DNA from: an uncultured Bacteroidaceae bacterium
GTDB lineage: Bacteria; Bacteroidota; Bacteroidia; Bacteroidales; GCA-2748055
DNA length: 64,000 bases
Assembly: GCA_964479445.1 (NCBI GenBank)
Contig: CAYZMH010000001.1
Location: forward strand, 181,754 to 245,753
Reading direction: 5' to 3'
Shown one piece after another: positions 40,725-51,070 of the stretch. The position numbers and the translations under genes are program-made. The stretch's first letter is position 1. Each line of letters begins with the position of its first letter. The notes below the pieces were generated by a model that was not told where the DNA came from, did not search any database, and saw nothing but the letters and a program-made list of their open reading frames with translations.

Positions 40725-42146
40725 ATGCATGAACGTGTCTGGAACAATTGTCTGAAAATTATTAAAGACAATGTACCCTCAATAAGTTATCGTACTTGGT
40801 TTGAGCCTATTGTTCCATTGCGGCTGGATAAGGATGTTCTTACCATCCAGGTTCCCAGTCCTTTTTTTTACGAATACCTGGAGGAACAGTATATAGATAT
40901 CCTTCGCAAGGTATTGCGCAAAGAATTAGGTCCGGAGGCTAAGTTGGAATACAATGTTGTTATGCAGAACAACACGTATAACAATAACAAGCCCTACACG
41001 GTGAAGTTTCCGGCCAAGAACAGTAAAGAGATCAAGAACAAGCCGGTTGCTGTCCCGCTGGATACAACCGAGCAATCTATTAAAAACCCTTTTGTCATCC
41101 CCGGGATAAAAAAGCTGGATATTGACCCGCGGCTGAACCCCGAGAATTCGTTTGATAATTTTATTGAAGGAGAGTGTAACAGACTTGCACGATCTGCCGG
41201 TTATGCCGTAGCCAACAATCCTGGAGGGACTGCATTTAATCCACTGCTGATATACGGAGGAAGCGGTTTGGGAAAAACGCATCTGGCACAGGCTATCGGG
41301 ATTGAGGTAAAGCGATTGTTTCCTGATAAAACAGTACTTTACGTCAATGCCAATAAGTTCCAGACTCAATTTGTCGATGCGATTCGCAACAATAACAAAA
41401 ATGACTTTCTCCATTTCTACCAGATGATTGATGTATTGTTGATTGATGATGTACATGAGTTTGCAGGTAAGGAGAAAACCCAGGATACTTTCTTTCATAT
41501 ATTTAATCATCTTCATCAATCCGGAAAACAACTGGTGTTGACTTCCGATAAGCCTCCGGTTGAGTTGCAGGGTATGGAACAGAGGCTTCTGAGCCGTTTT
41601 AAATGGGGTTTGTCTGCCGATCTTCAGGTTCCGGATTTTGAAACCCGAATTGCTATCCTGAAAAGGAAAGTTTATAACGACGGAATCGAGATGCCGGATG
41701 ATGTGCTGGAGTACATAGCGACGCACATAACTGATAATATCCGTGAATTAGAGGGTGCGCTGATTTCGCTTCTTGCACAATCGACGCTTAACAAAAAGGA
41801 GATTACCCTGGATCTGACCAGGGAGATGATTGACAAGCTGATCAAAAATACCAAGAAAGAGATATCCATCGACTATATTCAAAAAGTAGTTTGCGGTTAT
41901 TTTAACATTGAGATTGATGAGCTGAAATCAAGAACACGAAAGCGGGAGATCGTACAGGCCAGGCAGGTGGCTATGTTTTTTTCCAAGAGTCTCACAAAAT
42001 CATCGCTGGCGACTATTGGCTCTCAAATCGGCGGGAAAGATCACGCAACAGTGCTTCATGCCTGCAAAACAGTAAACAATCTAATGGAAACGGATAAACG
42101 TTTCAGATTGCAGATTGATGAGATTGAAAAGAAACTGAAGATGTAG
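40725..42146 (+). CDS. dnaA: chromosomal replication initiator protein DnaA
   Basis: FDNFIEGECNRLA, Walker A GGSGLGKTHL, LLIDDVH, and the box VII / DNA-binding region RKREIVQARQVAMFF ... IGSQIGGKDHATVLHA. Start at ATG 40725. Confidence 0.97.
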   Translation: MHERVWNNCLKIIKDNVPSISYRTWFEPIVPLRLDKDVLTIQVPSPFFYEYLEEQYIDILRKVLRKELGPEAKLEYNVVMQNNTYNNNKPYTVKFPAKNSKEIKNKPVAVPLDTTEQSIKNPFVIPGIKKLDIDPRLNPENSFDNFIEGECNRLARSAGYAVANNPGGTAFNPLLIYGGSGLGKTHLAQAIGIEVKRLFPDKTVLYVNANKFQTQFVDAIRNNNKNDFLHFYQMIDVLLIDDVHEFAGKEKTQDTFFHIFNHLHQSGKQLVLTSDKPPVELQGMEQRLLSRFKWGLSADLQVPDFETRIAILKRKVYNDGIEMPDDVLEYIATHITDNIRELEGALISLLAQSTLNKKEITLDLTREMIDKLIKNTKKEISIDYIQKVVCGYFNIEIDELKSRTRKREIVQARQVAMFFSKSLTKSSLATIGSQIGGKDHATVLHACKTVNNLMETDKRFRLQIDEIEKKLKM

Positions 42147-42152
42147 TAAAAG

Positions 42153-42181
42153 GCAGGTTCACCCGAGAACCTGCTTTTTTA
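42153..42181 (+). terminator. intrinsic terminator of dnaA
   Basis: Stem GCAGGTTC / GAACCTGC, loop ACCCGA, followed by T7. Confidence 0.8.
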
Positions 42182-42196
42182 ATCCACATTGGCAGG

Positions 42197-43081
42197 ATGG
42201 TCTATTTGATATTGTGTATACTTTCGTCAACTGGTATCTTTTTAGTATTTAAGTATATAGACCGGTATCAGATTCCATCGTTCCCGGTTATTGTCATCAA
42301 TTATCTTACGGCCGCTACCCTTGGGTACACATTAAACCGTCAGGCCATAGACTGGAGTGGTCTGGATGGATTCGGATGGATACCTGTGGCTGTCACCATC
42401 GGTATTCTGTTTATCCTGATGTTCTTTGTGATTGCAATTTCATCAGCCAAAGCCGGAATATCTATCACTACGGTGGCAAGTAAAATGTCAGTGGTCTTTC
42501 CCATTACCTTCAGTCTGTTTATTGATCCTGGTGACCAGCTCACGGTTATAAAAACCACAGGAATCATTGCAGCCATTATCGGGGTACTTTTAACTGTTTG
42601 GGAACCCAGGAATATAGCAAAAACAGAGACCCGTAAAATCACCATTCCCCTGCTGCTCTTTGTAGGAATGGGGGTGGTTGATTCCCTGGTGAAATTTGCC
42701 CAGCACCGGTTTGTGACCAATGATGACCGTGCTCTTTTCAGTGCAGTGCTTTTTTCTGTGGCGTTTTTAACCGGTATGGTAATACTGCCTTTTCGCAAAA
42801 AGAGCCATCGCTGGTTCTACCGTAAAAGGGTATGGTTTTGGGGAATCCTCCTTGGAACGTGCAATTTTGGCTCCATATTTTTCATGGTTTCTGCACTTAA
42901 TTTCATCAATCCAAAAGGAATTGGAGTCGATAGTTCCATTATTTTCGGAGCCAATAACATCGGTATTGTCACGCTGAGTGTATTGGCCGGCTTGATAATC
43001 TTTTCAGAAAAGCTTCGAATCGTGAATTGGTTGGGCATCGGCTTATCCATGATCGCCATTCTACTTTTTATGATTGCCTAG
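42197..43081 (+). CDS. DMT-superfamily-like integral membrane protein
   Basis: 294 aa with about 10 TM helices in two halves. The family assignment is by overall resemblance only. Confidence 0.5.
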   Translation: MVYLILCILSSTGIFLVFKYIDRYQIPSFPVIVINYLTAATLGYTLNRQAIDWSGLDGFGWIPVAVTIGILFILMFFVIAISSAKAGISITTVASKMSVVFPITFSLFIDPGDQLTVIKTTGIIAAIIGVLLTVWEPRNIAKTETRKITIPLLLFVGMGVVDSLVKFAQHRFVTNDDRALFSAVLFSVAFLTGMVILPFRKKSHRWFYRKRVWFWGILLGTCNFGSIFFMVSALNFINPKGIGVDSSIIFGANNIGIVTLSVLAGLIIFSEKLRIVNWLGIGLSMIAILLFMIA

Positions 43082-43082
43082 T

Positions 43083-43688
43083 ATGATTAACCGGTATAAG
43101 ACCATAGCAAAAGAAGGCACAAGTCTGTTCAAGGACAGGGGAAGTAAATTTCTGGGATTTGCCTACCCTGTTGATTCGGAGCATTCCATAAAAGAGCGGC
43201 TTGATCAACTTCGGAAGTCCTATCATGATGCCCGTCACCATTGTTATGCCTATGTGCTTGAGCCGGATGGTCGACTTTTCAGGGCAAATGACGACGGTGA
43301 ACCTGTTAACAGTGCCGGAAAACCAATCCTGGCCCAGATAGAAGGTCGAAGCCTGAAAAATGTGCTTGTTGTAGTGGTACGGTATTTCGGAGGAACCCTG
43401 CTTGGTGTGGGCGGATTAATTCAGGCCTATAGGAAAGCTGCATCGGAGGCCATAGAAAAGGGTGAAATCATTACAAAACATATTCATATAAAATGCCGCC
43501 TGTGGTTTGAATATCACTCCATGGATGCCGTTATGAGGATTATCAGAGAGCACCGTTTGAAACAGTGGGACCAGCAATTCGAATTATCCTGTTCGCTGAT
43601 GGTACGCATCCGGAAAGAGGATGCAGATTCCGTCATCAGGAAGCTGAAACTTGCTGACTGCAGGATTGAAATACTTGGTACCGGTTAG
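43083..43688 (+). CDS. yigZ: YigZ / IMPACT family protein (UPF0029)
   Basis: KDRGSKFLGFAYPV, ARHHCYAY, DDGEPVNSAGKPIL, VVVVRYFGGTLLGVGGL. Confidence 0.85.
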   Translation: MINRYKTIAKEGTSLFKDRGSKFLGFAYPVDSEHSIKERLDQLRKSYHDARHHCYAYVLEPDGRLFRANDDGEPVNSAGKPILAQIEGRSLKNVLVVVVRYFGGTLLGVGGLIQAYRKAASEAIEKGEIITKHIHIKCRLWFEYHSMDAVMRIIREHRLKQWDQQFELSCSLMVRIRKEDADSVIRKLKLADCRIEILGTG

Positions 43689-43760
43689 TTTTCAAGAATC
43701 TATTAACAAGCAAAAAGCAGACCACATACAATTATATCTTTGTAAACAAAACGATCCTCC

Positions 43761-44669
43761 ATGAAAAACAGAAGTCTTGTATCCATCAATGATTACAACA
43801 GAGATGATTATCTCAGGATCCTTGATGTGGCAGAGGAGTTTGAGAAGAATCCGAGGCAGGATATTCTCAGTGGCTACGTCATCGCAACGCTTTTCTTTGA
43901 GCCTTCTACCCGAACCCGGCTCAGCTTCGAGAGTGCAATCAGCCGTCTTGGGGGGAAAGTCATCGGGTTTACCGACTCCAGTTCATCCAGCACCTCCAAG
44001 GGGGAATCTTTGCGCGATACAATTCGTACGGTGAGTAACTACTCCGATCTGATTGTGATGCGCCATCCGCTGGAAGGCAGTGCCCGATTAGCCAGTGAAG
44101 TAGCATCCGTACCCATTGTCAATGCAGGTGACGGAGCCAACCAGCATCCGACCCAAACATTGCTGGATTTGTATTCCATTCGTAAGACCCAGGGCACGCT
44201 TGATAATCTGAATATTTTTCTGGTGGGAGACCTGAAGTATGGCAGAACGGTGCATTCGCTGCTCATGGCCCTCTCAAGGTTCAATGCCACCTTTTATTTC
44301 ATCTCACCGGATGAGTTAAAAATGCCGGATGAATATAAAGCCCACCTTGACAGTCTCGGTTTGAAATACCATGAACACCGGGAATTCAAAGAGCTGGTCA
44401 AAGAGGCTGATATTATTTACATGACACGGGTTCAACAGGAAAGATTTACAGATCCTATTGAATACGAGCGCGTTAAGAATGCATATGTGCTACGCCGGCA
44501 TATGTTGGAAGAGGCACGCGCTAATATGCGGGTGCTACACCCTCTTCCTCGTGTGAATGAAATTCACCTGGATGTGGACGAAAGTCCGCAGGCTTATTAT
44601 TTCCCCCAGGCTCTGAACGGGGTTTATACCCGTCAGGCAATTATTACAACGATTTTAGGACTTAAATAA
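43761..44669 (+). CDS. pyrB: aspartate carbamoyltransferase catalytic subunit
   Basis: [22 protein letters not shown] motifs. Confidence 0.95.
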   Translation: MKNRSLVSINDYNRDDYLRILDVAEEFEKNPRQDILSGYVIATLFFEPSTRTRLSFESAISRLGGKVIGFTDSSSSSTSKGESLRDTIRTVSNYSDLIVMRHPLEGSARLASEVASVPIVNAGDGANQHPTQTLLDLYSIRKTQGTLDNLNIFLVGDLKYGRTVHSLLMALSRFNATFYFISPDELKMPDEYKAHLDSLGLKYHEHREFKELVKEADIIYMTRVQQERFTDPIEYERVKNAYVLRRHMLEEARANMRVLHPLPRVNEIHLDVDESPQAYYFPQALNGVYTRQAIITTILGLK

Positions 44670-44677
44670 TCCGGGCT

Positions 44678-45142
44678 ATGAAAGGAAACAAACAACAACT
44701 CAATGTCAGTGCAATAAAGGACGGAACCGTAATTGACCATATTCCCGCGGGAAACATGTTCAAAGTAGTCTCCATACTTCACCTGGAACGCTTAGATTCC
44801 ATGGTTACTTTCGGAACCGGATTCGATAGTAAAAAGCTGGGGAAAAAAGGTATTATTAAACTCTCCAATGTCTTTTTTAAAAATGAAGATATCAACAAAA
44901 TTGCCCTGGTAGCTCCGAAAGCAAAATTGAATATCATACGTGATTACGAGGTGGTAGAAAAAATGCAGGTTGAGGTTCCCGAAGAGATTACAGGCATCGT
45001 GAAATGCATGAATCCGAAATGCATTACCAACAACGAATCAGTGATTACAAAATTCAGTGTGGAAAAAACAGATGAGGTCCAGTTGAAATGCAAGTATTGT
45101 GAAAAAATCACCAACCAGGAAAATTTCGTCTTAGTTCAGTAA
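44678..45142 (+). CDS. pyrI: aspartate carbamoyltransferase regulatory subunit
   Basis: VSAIKDGTVIDHIP, and the C-terminal Zn cluster CMNPKCITN ... CKYCEK. Confidence 0.9.
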   Translation: MKGNKQQLNVSAIKDGTVIDHIPAGNMFKVVSILHLERLDSMVTFGTGFDSKKLGKKGIIKLSNVFFKNEDINKIALVAPKAKLNIIRDYEVVEKMQVEVPEEITGIVKCMNPKCITNNESVITKFSVEKTDEVQLKCKYCEKITNQENFVLVQ

Positions 45143-45200
45143 TACCGGGACCCCTGCAAGCCTCAAAATACGGAATAGTTTCTTTTAAATAACAGGCCTG

Positions 45201-45659
45201 TTACCTGATTCGCTCGTAGGATTTTATGAGCAATTCATCACGTTGCACTCCTTTAAATGCCAGGTATAACAGGATCAGCATTACCGCCGGCAGAACAATA
45301 CGCCATTGGAAAACATACTGGATACCCTGGTATTGGTTCATAACATACCAAATATAATAGGATATCATTCCAATCATGCCTGCATCAAACAGCATTAAAA
45401 AAATGCACAGTCTCATCTGACGCGGACGACGTTTGTAGGAAAGCAATGCATACAATGATAACAACGAAGCAATGGAAATCATCACGGTGAGCGGCCAGGT
45501 AGCCATATCAAGCTTATTCCCTTCCAGGTCAAAAGCACCGCTGTGCTGAAGGTATATACCTCCCGATTTCGTAGTGATGAATGCCAGCGGTCCGGTGAAA
45601 AGTAAAATAGAAAGAACGAGCACAGCCAGCAGGTAGAGCGATTGTTTTCGTTGAATCAT
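45201..45659 (-). CDS. DUF4293-like membrane protein
   Basis: 152 aa. The N-terminus MIQRKQSLYLLAVLVLSILLF and four TM helices resemble the Bacteroidota DUF4293 family, recalled from memory. Confidence 0.5.
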   Translation of the reverse strand: MIQRKQSLYLLAVLVLSILLFTGPLAFITTKSGGIYLQHSGAFDLEGNKLDMATWPLTVMISIASLLSLYALLSYKRRPRQMRLCIFLMLFDAGMIGMISYYIWYVMNQYQGIQYVFQWRIVLPAVMLILLYLAFKGVQRDELLIKSYERIR

Positions 45660-45728
45660 ATCGTTGCTATATATTGAAGTTTACATGTATTTGTTTATAA
45701 ACAACCTCCACAGGGTGCAAAATTACAT

Positions 45729-45736
45729 TATTTTTG
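45729..45736 (+). promoter_or_regulatory. candidate -7 box (TATTTTTG) for the nucleoside phosphorylase gene
   Basis: Matches TAnnTTTG, 21 nt upstream of ATG 45757. Confidence 0.4.
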
Positions 45737-45756
45737 CAGAGAAACCGGTGCACATT

Positions 45757-46650
45757 ATGGAAAACAGAAAAATTTCAGAGTCCGAACTGGTCATTGCACC
45801 AGATTCAAGTATCTATCACCTACGGCTGAAACCGGGGGATGTAGCCAACACTATTATTCTTGTGGGAGATCCCGGCCGTGTAGAGCTGGTTTCGTCATTT
45901 TTTGATTCACTGGAGATTCAAATAAATAACAGGGAATTCGTCACTCGCACAGGATATTACAATAATAAGCGGTTATCAGTGATATCCACCGGAATAGGTA
46001 CCGATAATATAGACATTGTGTTGAACGAACTGGATGCCCTGTTCAATATAGACTTTCAAACGCGTACACGGAAAAAGGAGATCTCGCAGCTCCACCTGAT
46101 ACGATTGGGAACTTCAGGGTTGCTCCATGAAGATATCAACCCCGGAAAAACAATATTAACCGAATTTGCAGGAGGACTGGATAATGTACTCTATTTCTAT
46201 AAAGGAGCCCGGGATATAATCAATAAAGAGCTTGGTAACAGGTTCAGCAGTCAGATGGCCCGGGACCAGGCGCAAAGCGAAGCCTACTTCGTTCCTGCTT
46301 CAGGTCAGATGACCGCTATATTCAAAAAGATCAGCGATCTTTCGGGTATCACCCTCTCCGCACCCGGGTTTTATGCACCCCAGGGACGAAGTTTACGCCT
46401 GCCCCTGTTCGATGATGATTACCTGTCGAAAATCAAAAATTTTCAATATGAATCGCTGAGAATTTTGAATTTTGAAATGGAGAGCTCCGCCCTCTATGGT
46501 CTGGCCACCCTATTGGGGCATCATGCCGTTTCTTTATGTATCGGGCTGGCGAACCGCACTACTGGAAAGTTTGTTACCGATTATAAATCAATTATGCATG
46601 AAATGGTGGCCAATGTATTGAATCAAACCCTTGAATTACCAGATGAATGA
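45757..46650 (+). CDS. nucleoside phosphorylase (PNP_UDP_1 family, uridine-phosphorylase-like)
   Basis: ILVGDPGRV, ISTGIGTDNIDIVLNEL, RLGTSG, FEMESSALYG. Confidence 0.75.
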   Translation: MENRKISESELVIAPDSSIYHLRLKPGDVANTIILVGDPGRVELVSSFFDSLEIQINNREFVTRTGYYNNKRLSVISTGIGTDNIDIVLNELDALFNIDFQTRTRKKEISQLHLIRLGTSGLLHEDINPGKTILTEFAGGLDNVLYFYKGARDIINKELGNRFSSQMARDQAQSEAYFVPASGQMTAIFKKISDLSGITLSAPGFYAPQGRSLRLPLFDDDYLSKIKNFQYESLRILNFEMESSALYGLATLLGHHAVSLCIGLANRTTGKFVTDYKSIMHEMVANVLNQTLELPDE

Positions 46651-47521
46651 TCGTAACCAGGAAATAAAAGCACTCATAGACTTGCTGGATGATCCTGACG
46701 AGGATGTCTTTAAACATGTGGAGGAGCGATTAATATCACTTGGTGAGGAAGCCATGCATCCATTGGAAAAGGGGTGGGAACGATCCCTCAGAACAGAAGT
46801 TCAGGCACGAATTGAAAGCATCATACGTCGTATTCAGTTTAACAGCATTCGAAAAGAGTTTAAGCACTGGTATGATTCAGATCGCGAAAATCTTCTCTAT
46901 GGTGCCTTTTTGTTGGCACGGGTACAATACCCCGATCTTGATTATCAAACAATGAACCAAAAGATCGAGGATTTTACCAGTGAGATATGGCTGGAACTGA
47001 ACAATCACCTGACAGCCCTTGAAAAGATTAAGGTGATCAATTACTTTCTATACTCGGTTCACCGGTTTAGCAAGAGTGCCAGGCAATCAATGAGCCCGCA
47101 ACTCTTCCTTATTAATCATGTACTGGACACACACCGGGGAAGTGCTGAACTGATAGGATTGATCTATGTGGAAATTGCCCGAAGGCTTGAGATACCTGTC
47201 TTTGGGGTTAATCTTCCTCATCATTTCCTGCTTTGCTACCACGATCCAGCTTACCTGGAGGATCCGGACGGAGTGCTTTTTTATATAAACCCCCATAACA
47301 GGGGCAATGTGTTGGGCAGAAATGAATTGGAGTATTTCCTGAACCAGCAGAACATGGAGCCCATGCCGGAGCATTTTGTGCCCTGTGATAACCTGACCAT
47401 TATCAAACGGATCATGGAAATTCTCAAGTATACCTTTTTTAAATCTGGTCACCAGGATAAGATCGAGTTTCTTGATGAGCTATCCGATGTAATACGAGGC
47501 TCCCGGGATCAGGCGTTATAA
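46643..47521 (+). CDS. transglutaminase-like (SirB1/YchA-type) family protein
   Basis: VLDTHRGSAELIGLIYVEIARRLEIPVFGVNLPHHFLLCY is typical of the Transglut_core2 family. The ATG overlaps the upstream stop (ATGAATGA). Confidence 0.6.
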   Translation: MNDRNQEIKALIDLLDDPDEDVFKHVEERLISLGEEAMHPLEKGWERSLRTEVQARIESIIRRIQFNSIRKEFKHWYDSDRENLLYGAFLLARVQYPDLDYQTMNQKIEDFTSEIWLELNNHLTALEKIKVINYFLYSVHRFSKSARQSMSPQLFLINHVLDTHRGSAELIGLIYVEIARRLEIPVFGVNLPHHFLLCYHDPAYLEDPDGVLFYINPHNRGNVLGRNELEYFLNQQNMEPMPEHFVPCDNLTIIKRIMEILKYTFFKSGHQDKIEFLDELSDVIRGSRDQAL

Positions 47522-48564
47522 TAATCCCTGTACCAGCTGACAAATCTTTTTATTCCCTCATTTATTGGAGTGTCGGGTCTGTATCCATAATCATCCGATA
47601 ACGCTTCTACATCAGCCCAGGTCTTTTCTACATCCCCGGGTTGCATCGGTTCCATTTTCATTTCAGCCTTCCTGCCGGTGGCTTGCTCAATAGCAGTTAT
47701 AAAATCCAACAATTTAACGGGTGCATTATTGCCGATATTATAGATACGGTAAGGTGCTGATGAAAATGATGGATCGGGATTGGCAGGGTCCCATGAAGAA
47801 GAAGGTCGGGCCGGCCTGGGAATCATTCTGGCTATACCTGTAACGATATCATCAATGAAGGTGAAATCGCGTTCCATTTTCCCATGATTGAACACCCGGA
47901 TAGGCTCTCCCTTAAGGATAGACCTGGTGAAAAGAAACAATGCCATGTCGGGACGACCCCATGGACCGTATACGGTAAAAAACCGTAATCCGATCGTAGG
48001 AATTCCAAAAAGGTGGCTGTAAGTATGAGCCATTAACTCATTACTCTTCTTAGAGGCAGCGTACAGACTTACCGGGTGGTCTACATTGCTCTGGACAGAA
48101 AAAGGGTAAGAGGCATTTAGGCCATAAACGCTGCTGCTGCTCGCATAAATCAGGTTTTTAACAGGATATTTTCTGCAGGCTTCCAGAATATTTAGGAACC
48201 CGTTAATATTACTCTGTATGTATGTTTCGGGATGAGAAAGGCTATACCTGACACCGGCCTGGGCCGCAAGGTGAACGACTCCGTCAAAACGTTCCTCTTT
48301 AAAAAGCTGCAAAATAGCGTCATGGTCTTCCAGGTCCATTTGGAAGAATCGGTAGCCGGGATACGTACGACTATTTGCAGCCCTGTTTTTTGCGATCTCA
48401 TTGAGGTTAATCCCTGCCCGGGATAACCGGTCATATTTTAAGCGGGTATCGTAGTAGTTGTTGATGCTATCCAATCCTGCAATTTCATACCCCTCCTCCA
48501 ACAAACGGTTGGCAAGGTGATAACCGATGAATCCGGCCGTTCCTGTCACTAGTATCTTATCCAT
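47509..48564 (-). CDS. NAD-dependent epimerase/dehydratase (UDP-glucuronate 4-epimerase-like)
   Basis: ILVTGTAGFIGYHL, YYD..LK..RL, and the active-site motif YAASKKSNE. Confidence 0.85.
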   Translation of the reverse strand: MDKILVTGTAGFIGYHLANRLLEEGYEIAGLDSINNYYDTRLKYDRLSRAGINLNEIAKNRAANSRTYPGYRFFQMDLEDHDAILQLFKEERFDGVVHLAAQAGVRYSLSHPETYIQSNINGFLNILEACRKYPVKNLIYASSSSVYGLNASYPFSVQSNVDHPVSLYAASKKSNELMAHTYSHLFGIPTIGLRFFTVYGPWGRPDMALFLFTRSILKGEPIRVFNHGKMERDFTFIDDIVTGIARMIPRPARPSSSWDPANPDPSFSSAPYRIYNIGNNAPVKLLDFITAIEQATGRKAEMKMEPMQPGDVEKTWADVEALSDDYGYRPDTPINEGIKRFVSWYRDYYNA

Positions 48565-48590
48565 ATTCCTTAATAATGACTAAATCTACG

Positions 48591-48630
48591 AAAAAAAGAA
48601 AATCTCATAGTGTATATACCATGAGATTTT
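48591..48630 (-). terminator. intrinsic terminator of rny
   Basis: 10-bp AT-rich stem AAAATCTCAT / ATGAGATTTT, followed on the minus strand by T7. Confidence 0.6.
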
Positions 48631-48656
48631 GAATCAGGGGTATGACCGAACTTCTG

Positions 48657-50231
48657 CTACTTGGCAAAATTAACTGCCCGGGTTTCCCGAATCACGGTTA
48701 TTTTAACCTGTCCCGGATAGGTCATTTCATCCTGGATCTTTCTTGCAATTTCGTAAGAGAGTGATTCGGCTTCCTTGTCAGATACCTTTTCACTGCCGAC
48801 GATAACACGCAACTCACGTCCTGCCTGTATTGCATAGGTTTTCATCACACCGGGATAAGAGAGAGCCATGGATTCAAGCTCCTTCAACCTCTTGATGTAC
48901 GATTCTACTACCTCCCTTCGGGCTCCCGGCCTGGCTCCCGATATGGCGTCGCATACCTGGACGATTGGCGCAATCAGGGTTGTCATCTCCGTTTCATCGT
49001 GGTGAGACCCTATCGCATTGCAAATCTCAGGTTTTTCTTTATACTTCTCGGCCAGTTTCATTCCAAAAACAGCGTGGGGCATTTCGGGTTCGTCATCAGG
49101 AACTTTACCAATATCATGCAAAAGACCTGCCCGTTTGGCCTGCTTGGAATTAAGACCCAATTCCGATGCCATAATAGACGAGAGATTGGCTACTTCCCTG
49201 GAGTGTTGCAGGAGGTTCTGACCGTACGAGGACCTGTATTTCATTTTTCCCACCATCCGGATAAGTTCAGGATGCAAACCATGAATACCCAGATCAATGG
49301 CTGTCCGTTTCCCGGTTTCAATGATCTCTTCTTCAATCTGCTTCCTGGTTTTTTCAACAACTTCCTCAATGCGTGCAGGATGTATTCTGCCATCGGTAAC
49401 CAGCTGGTGCAGGGATAGCCTGGCAATCTCCCGGCGAACCGGATCAAAAGCGGAAAGAATAATTGCTTCAGGGGTGTCATCTACAATCACCTCCACTCCC
49501 GTAGCTGCTTCCAGTGCACGAATATTTCTGCCTTCCCGCCCTATGATTCGTCCTTTCAACTCATCCGAGTCAATATGAAATACGGTTACCGCATTTTCAA
49601 TGGCATTTTCCGTAGCTACCCGCTGAATGGTCTCAATGACAATTTTCTTCGCCTCTTTGTTAGCGGTCATTTTCGCTTCATCAATGATCTCATTGATCAG
49701 GGACATCGCATTGGTCTTGGCCTCCTCTTTCAGTGACTCCACCAGTTGATCCCTTGCTTCATCAGCCGAAAGACCAGAAATTGTTTCCAGCTGCTCCACC
49801 TGCATCTTATGGCTTTTTTCCAGCTCTTCTTTCTTACTTTCAATAATTTCCAGCTGGTTACTGAGATTGTTTCGGATGGCATCTACCTCTGATTGTTTGC
49901 GTTGAAAGTCCTCCATCTTCTGAGAAAAGGAGAATTCTTTTTGCTTCACCGCATTTTCACGCTCAGATATTTTCTGATCTTTTTCATGTATCACTTTCTC
50001 ATGATCTGCTTTCAATTGAAGAAATTTCTCCTTGGCCTGAAGCATTTTACGCTGTTTGATCATTTCCGCTTCATGCTCAGCTTCTTCAATGATGCTGTTA
50101 CTCTTTTTGCGCATGACGGTGGTAAGGACCAGGTATGCAATTCCTGCTCCTGCTATCAAAGCGGCTCCGCCGGTTACCAGACACCAGCCAAGCGGTATCT
50201 GCAATATCATCTGGTTCATTAACAGTTCCAT
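48657..50231 (-). CDS. rny: ribonuclease Y
   Basis: N-terminal TM helix, a long coiled coil, a KH domain ([12 protein letters not shown]) and an HD domain (LLHDIGK ... HH). Confidence 0.95.
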   Translation of the reverse strand: MELLMNQMILQIPLGWCLVTGGAALIAGAGIAYLVLTTVMRKKSNSIIEEAEHEAEMIKQRKMLQAKEKFLQLKADHEKVIHEKDQKISERENAVKQKEFSFSQKMEDFQRKQSEVDAIRNNLSNQLEIIESKKEELEKSHKMQVEQLETISGLSADEARDQLVESLKEEAKTNAMSLINEIIDEAKMTANKEAKKIVIETIQRVATENAIENAVTVFHIDSDELKGRIIGREGRNIRALEAATGVEVIVDDTPEAIILSAFDPVRREIARLSLHQLVTDGRIHPARIEEVVEKTRKQIEEEIIETGKRTAIDLGIHGLHPELIRMVGKMKYRSSYGQNLLQHSREVANLSSIMASELGLNSKQAKRAGLLHDIGKVPDDEPEMPHAVFGMKLAEKYKEKPEICNAIGSHHDETEMTTLIAPIVQVCDAISGARPGARREVVESYIKRLKELESMALSYPGVMKTYAIQAGRELRVIVGSEKVSDKEAESLSYEIARKIQDEMTYPGQVKITVIRETRAVNFAK

Positions 50232-50249
50232 ATTTGTTGATTTATAGGT

Positions 50250-50452
50250 AAAAAAAAACCCGCACGTTTCCTCAAGATTTAATAAAACCCCTGTAAGGCA
50301 TGTATGGAGCTGCCGGCCTATGTCGAGTTTCCACTGATCCCGAAGGATCCCCCGGCGAACCGGAGGTGTGGCCTGCTCTTCAAAAACCGAGCTTCACTCC
50401 AATTTGATAAGTGTTGAGTTCCAAAAATGATTGAAGAAACAATGCGGGCAAA
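50250..50452 (-). ncRNA. ssrS: probable 6S RNA (SsrS)
   Basis: Non-coding 244-nt gap immediately downstream of zapA. The 5' end GCCCGCA..UUUCUUCA pairs with the 3' end UGAGGAAA..UGCGGGU to form a closing stem. There is an internal GAUCC-UUCG-GGAUC hairpin and a 3' U9 tract. TATAAT lies about 7 nt upstream of the proposed 5' end. The zapA-ssrS order is the same as in E. coli. Confidence 0.55.
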
Positions 50453-50475
50453 ATCATTATATGCAAAGAACGCTA

Positions 50476-50766
50476 TTACTCTTCTTTCAGTAAGAGATCC
50501 AACTCCTCGTTTAGTTCCTTTAGATCTTCTTCCAAAGATACTAAATTCTGCTTAGACTCACAATCCAGAAGCTGTATTACAAACTGCAGTGCTGCCATCG
50601 CCAGGAAGTCCTGGGGATCTTTATCGGTATACCTCTGTTTATACTGCAACAGCTTGTCGTTAATTAACTTGGCAGCTTTCCGGATCTTTTCCTCGTCTTT
50701 TCTCTCTATCTTAAGGGGATAGAACCTTTCTGCAATCTGTACCTTTATGGGTAACTTCTCATCCAT
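50476..50766 (-). CDS. zapA: cell division protein ZapA
   Basis: 96 aa. IKVQIAERFYPLKIERKDEEKIRKAAKLINDKL ... DFLAMAALQF. Confidence 0.8.
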   Translation of the reverse strand: MDEKLPIKVQIAERFYPLKIERKDEEKIRKAAKLINDKLLQYKQRYTDKDPQDFLAMAALQFVIQLLDCESKQNLVSLEEDLKELNEELDLLLKEE

Positions 50767-50776
50767 CTATCCCGAT

Positions 50777-51070
50777 TTACCTGTTTAAAAGAGCAATACA
50801 CTTATCAATCTCCCGCACTATTCTATTAATCTGCAACTTGGCATCCTGCGTGTCGGAACCATCCTCCACAAAGGCATTGGCCAATTTCAGCGTATTGTTT
50901 TCATGTTTTAAATTTTCCAGTTCCTTTTTTTGTTTCTCTAATTGATCTTCCAGGTCCTGATTTGTCTCCTCCAATCGCTCCGTAAGATCTTTCTGAACTT
51001 CCAGCTTGTCTTTCAACAATCGAAACTTCTTTTTTAGATCATCGATAATATAGACCTGCCCAATGCTCAT
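50777..51070 (-). CDS. coiled-coil protein (ZapB-like position upstream of zapA)
   Basis: Heptad-rich, Lys/Glu/Leu-rich sequence. Start at ATG 51070 (MSIGQVYIIDDLKKK). Confidence 0.55.
   Translation of the reverse strand: MSIGQVYIIDDLKKKFRLLKDKLEVQKDLTERLEETNQDLEDQLEKQKKELENLKHENNTLKLANAFVEDGSDTQDAKLQINRIVREIDKCIALLNR

Noticed and set aside
40926-41726. 266-aa minus-strand ORF
   Set aside because: Antisense to dnaA, which is unambiguous. This is a shadow ORF.
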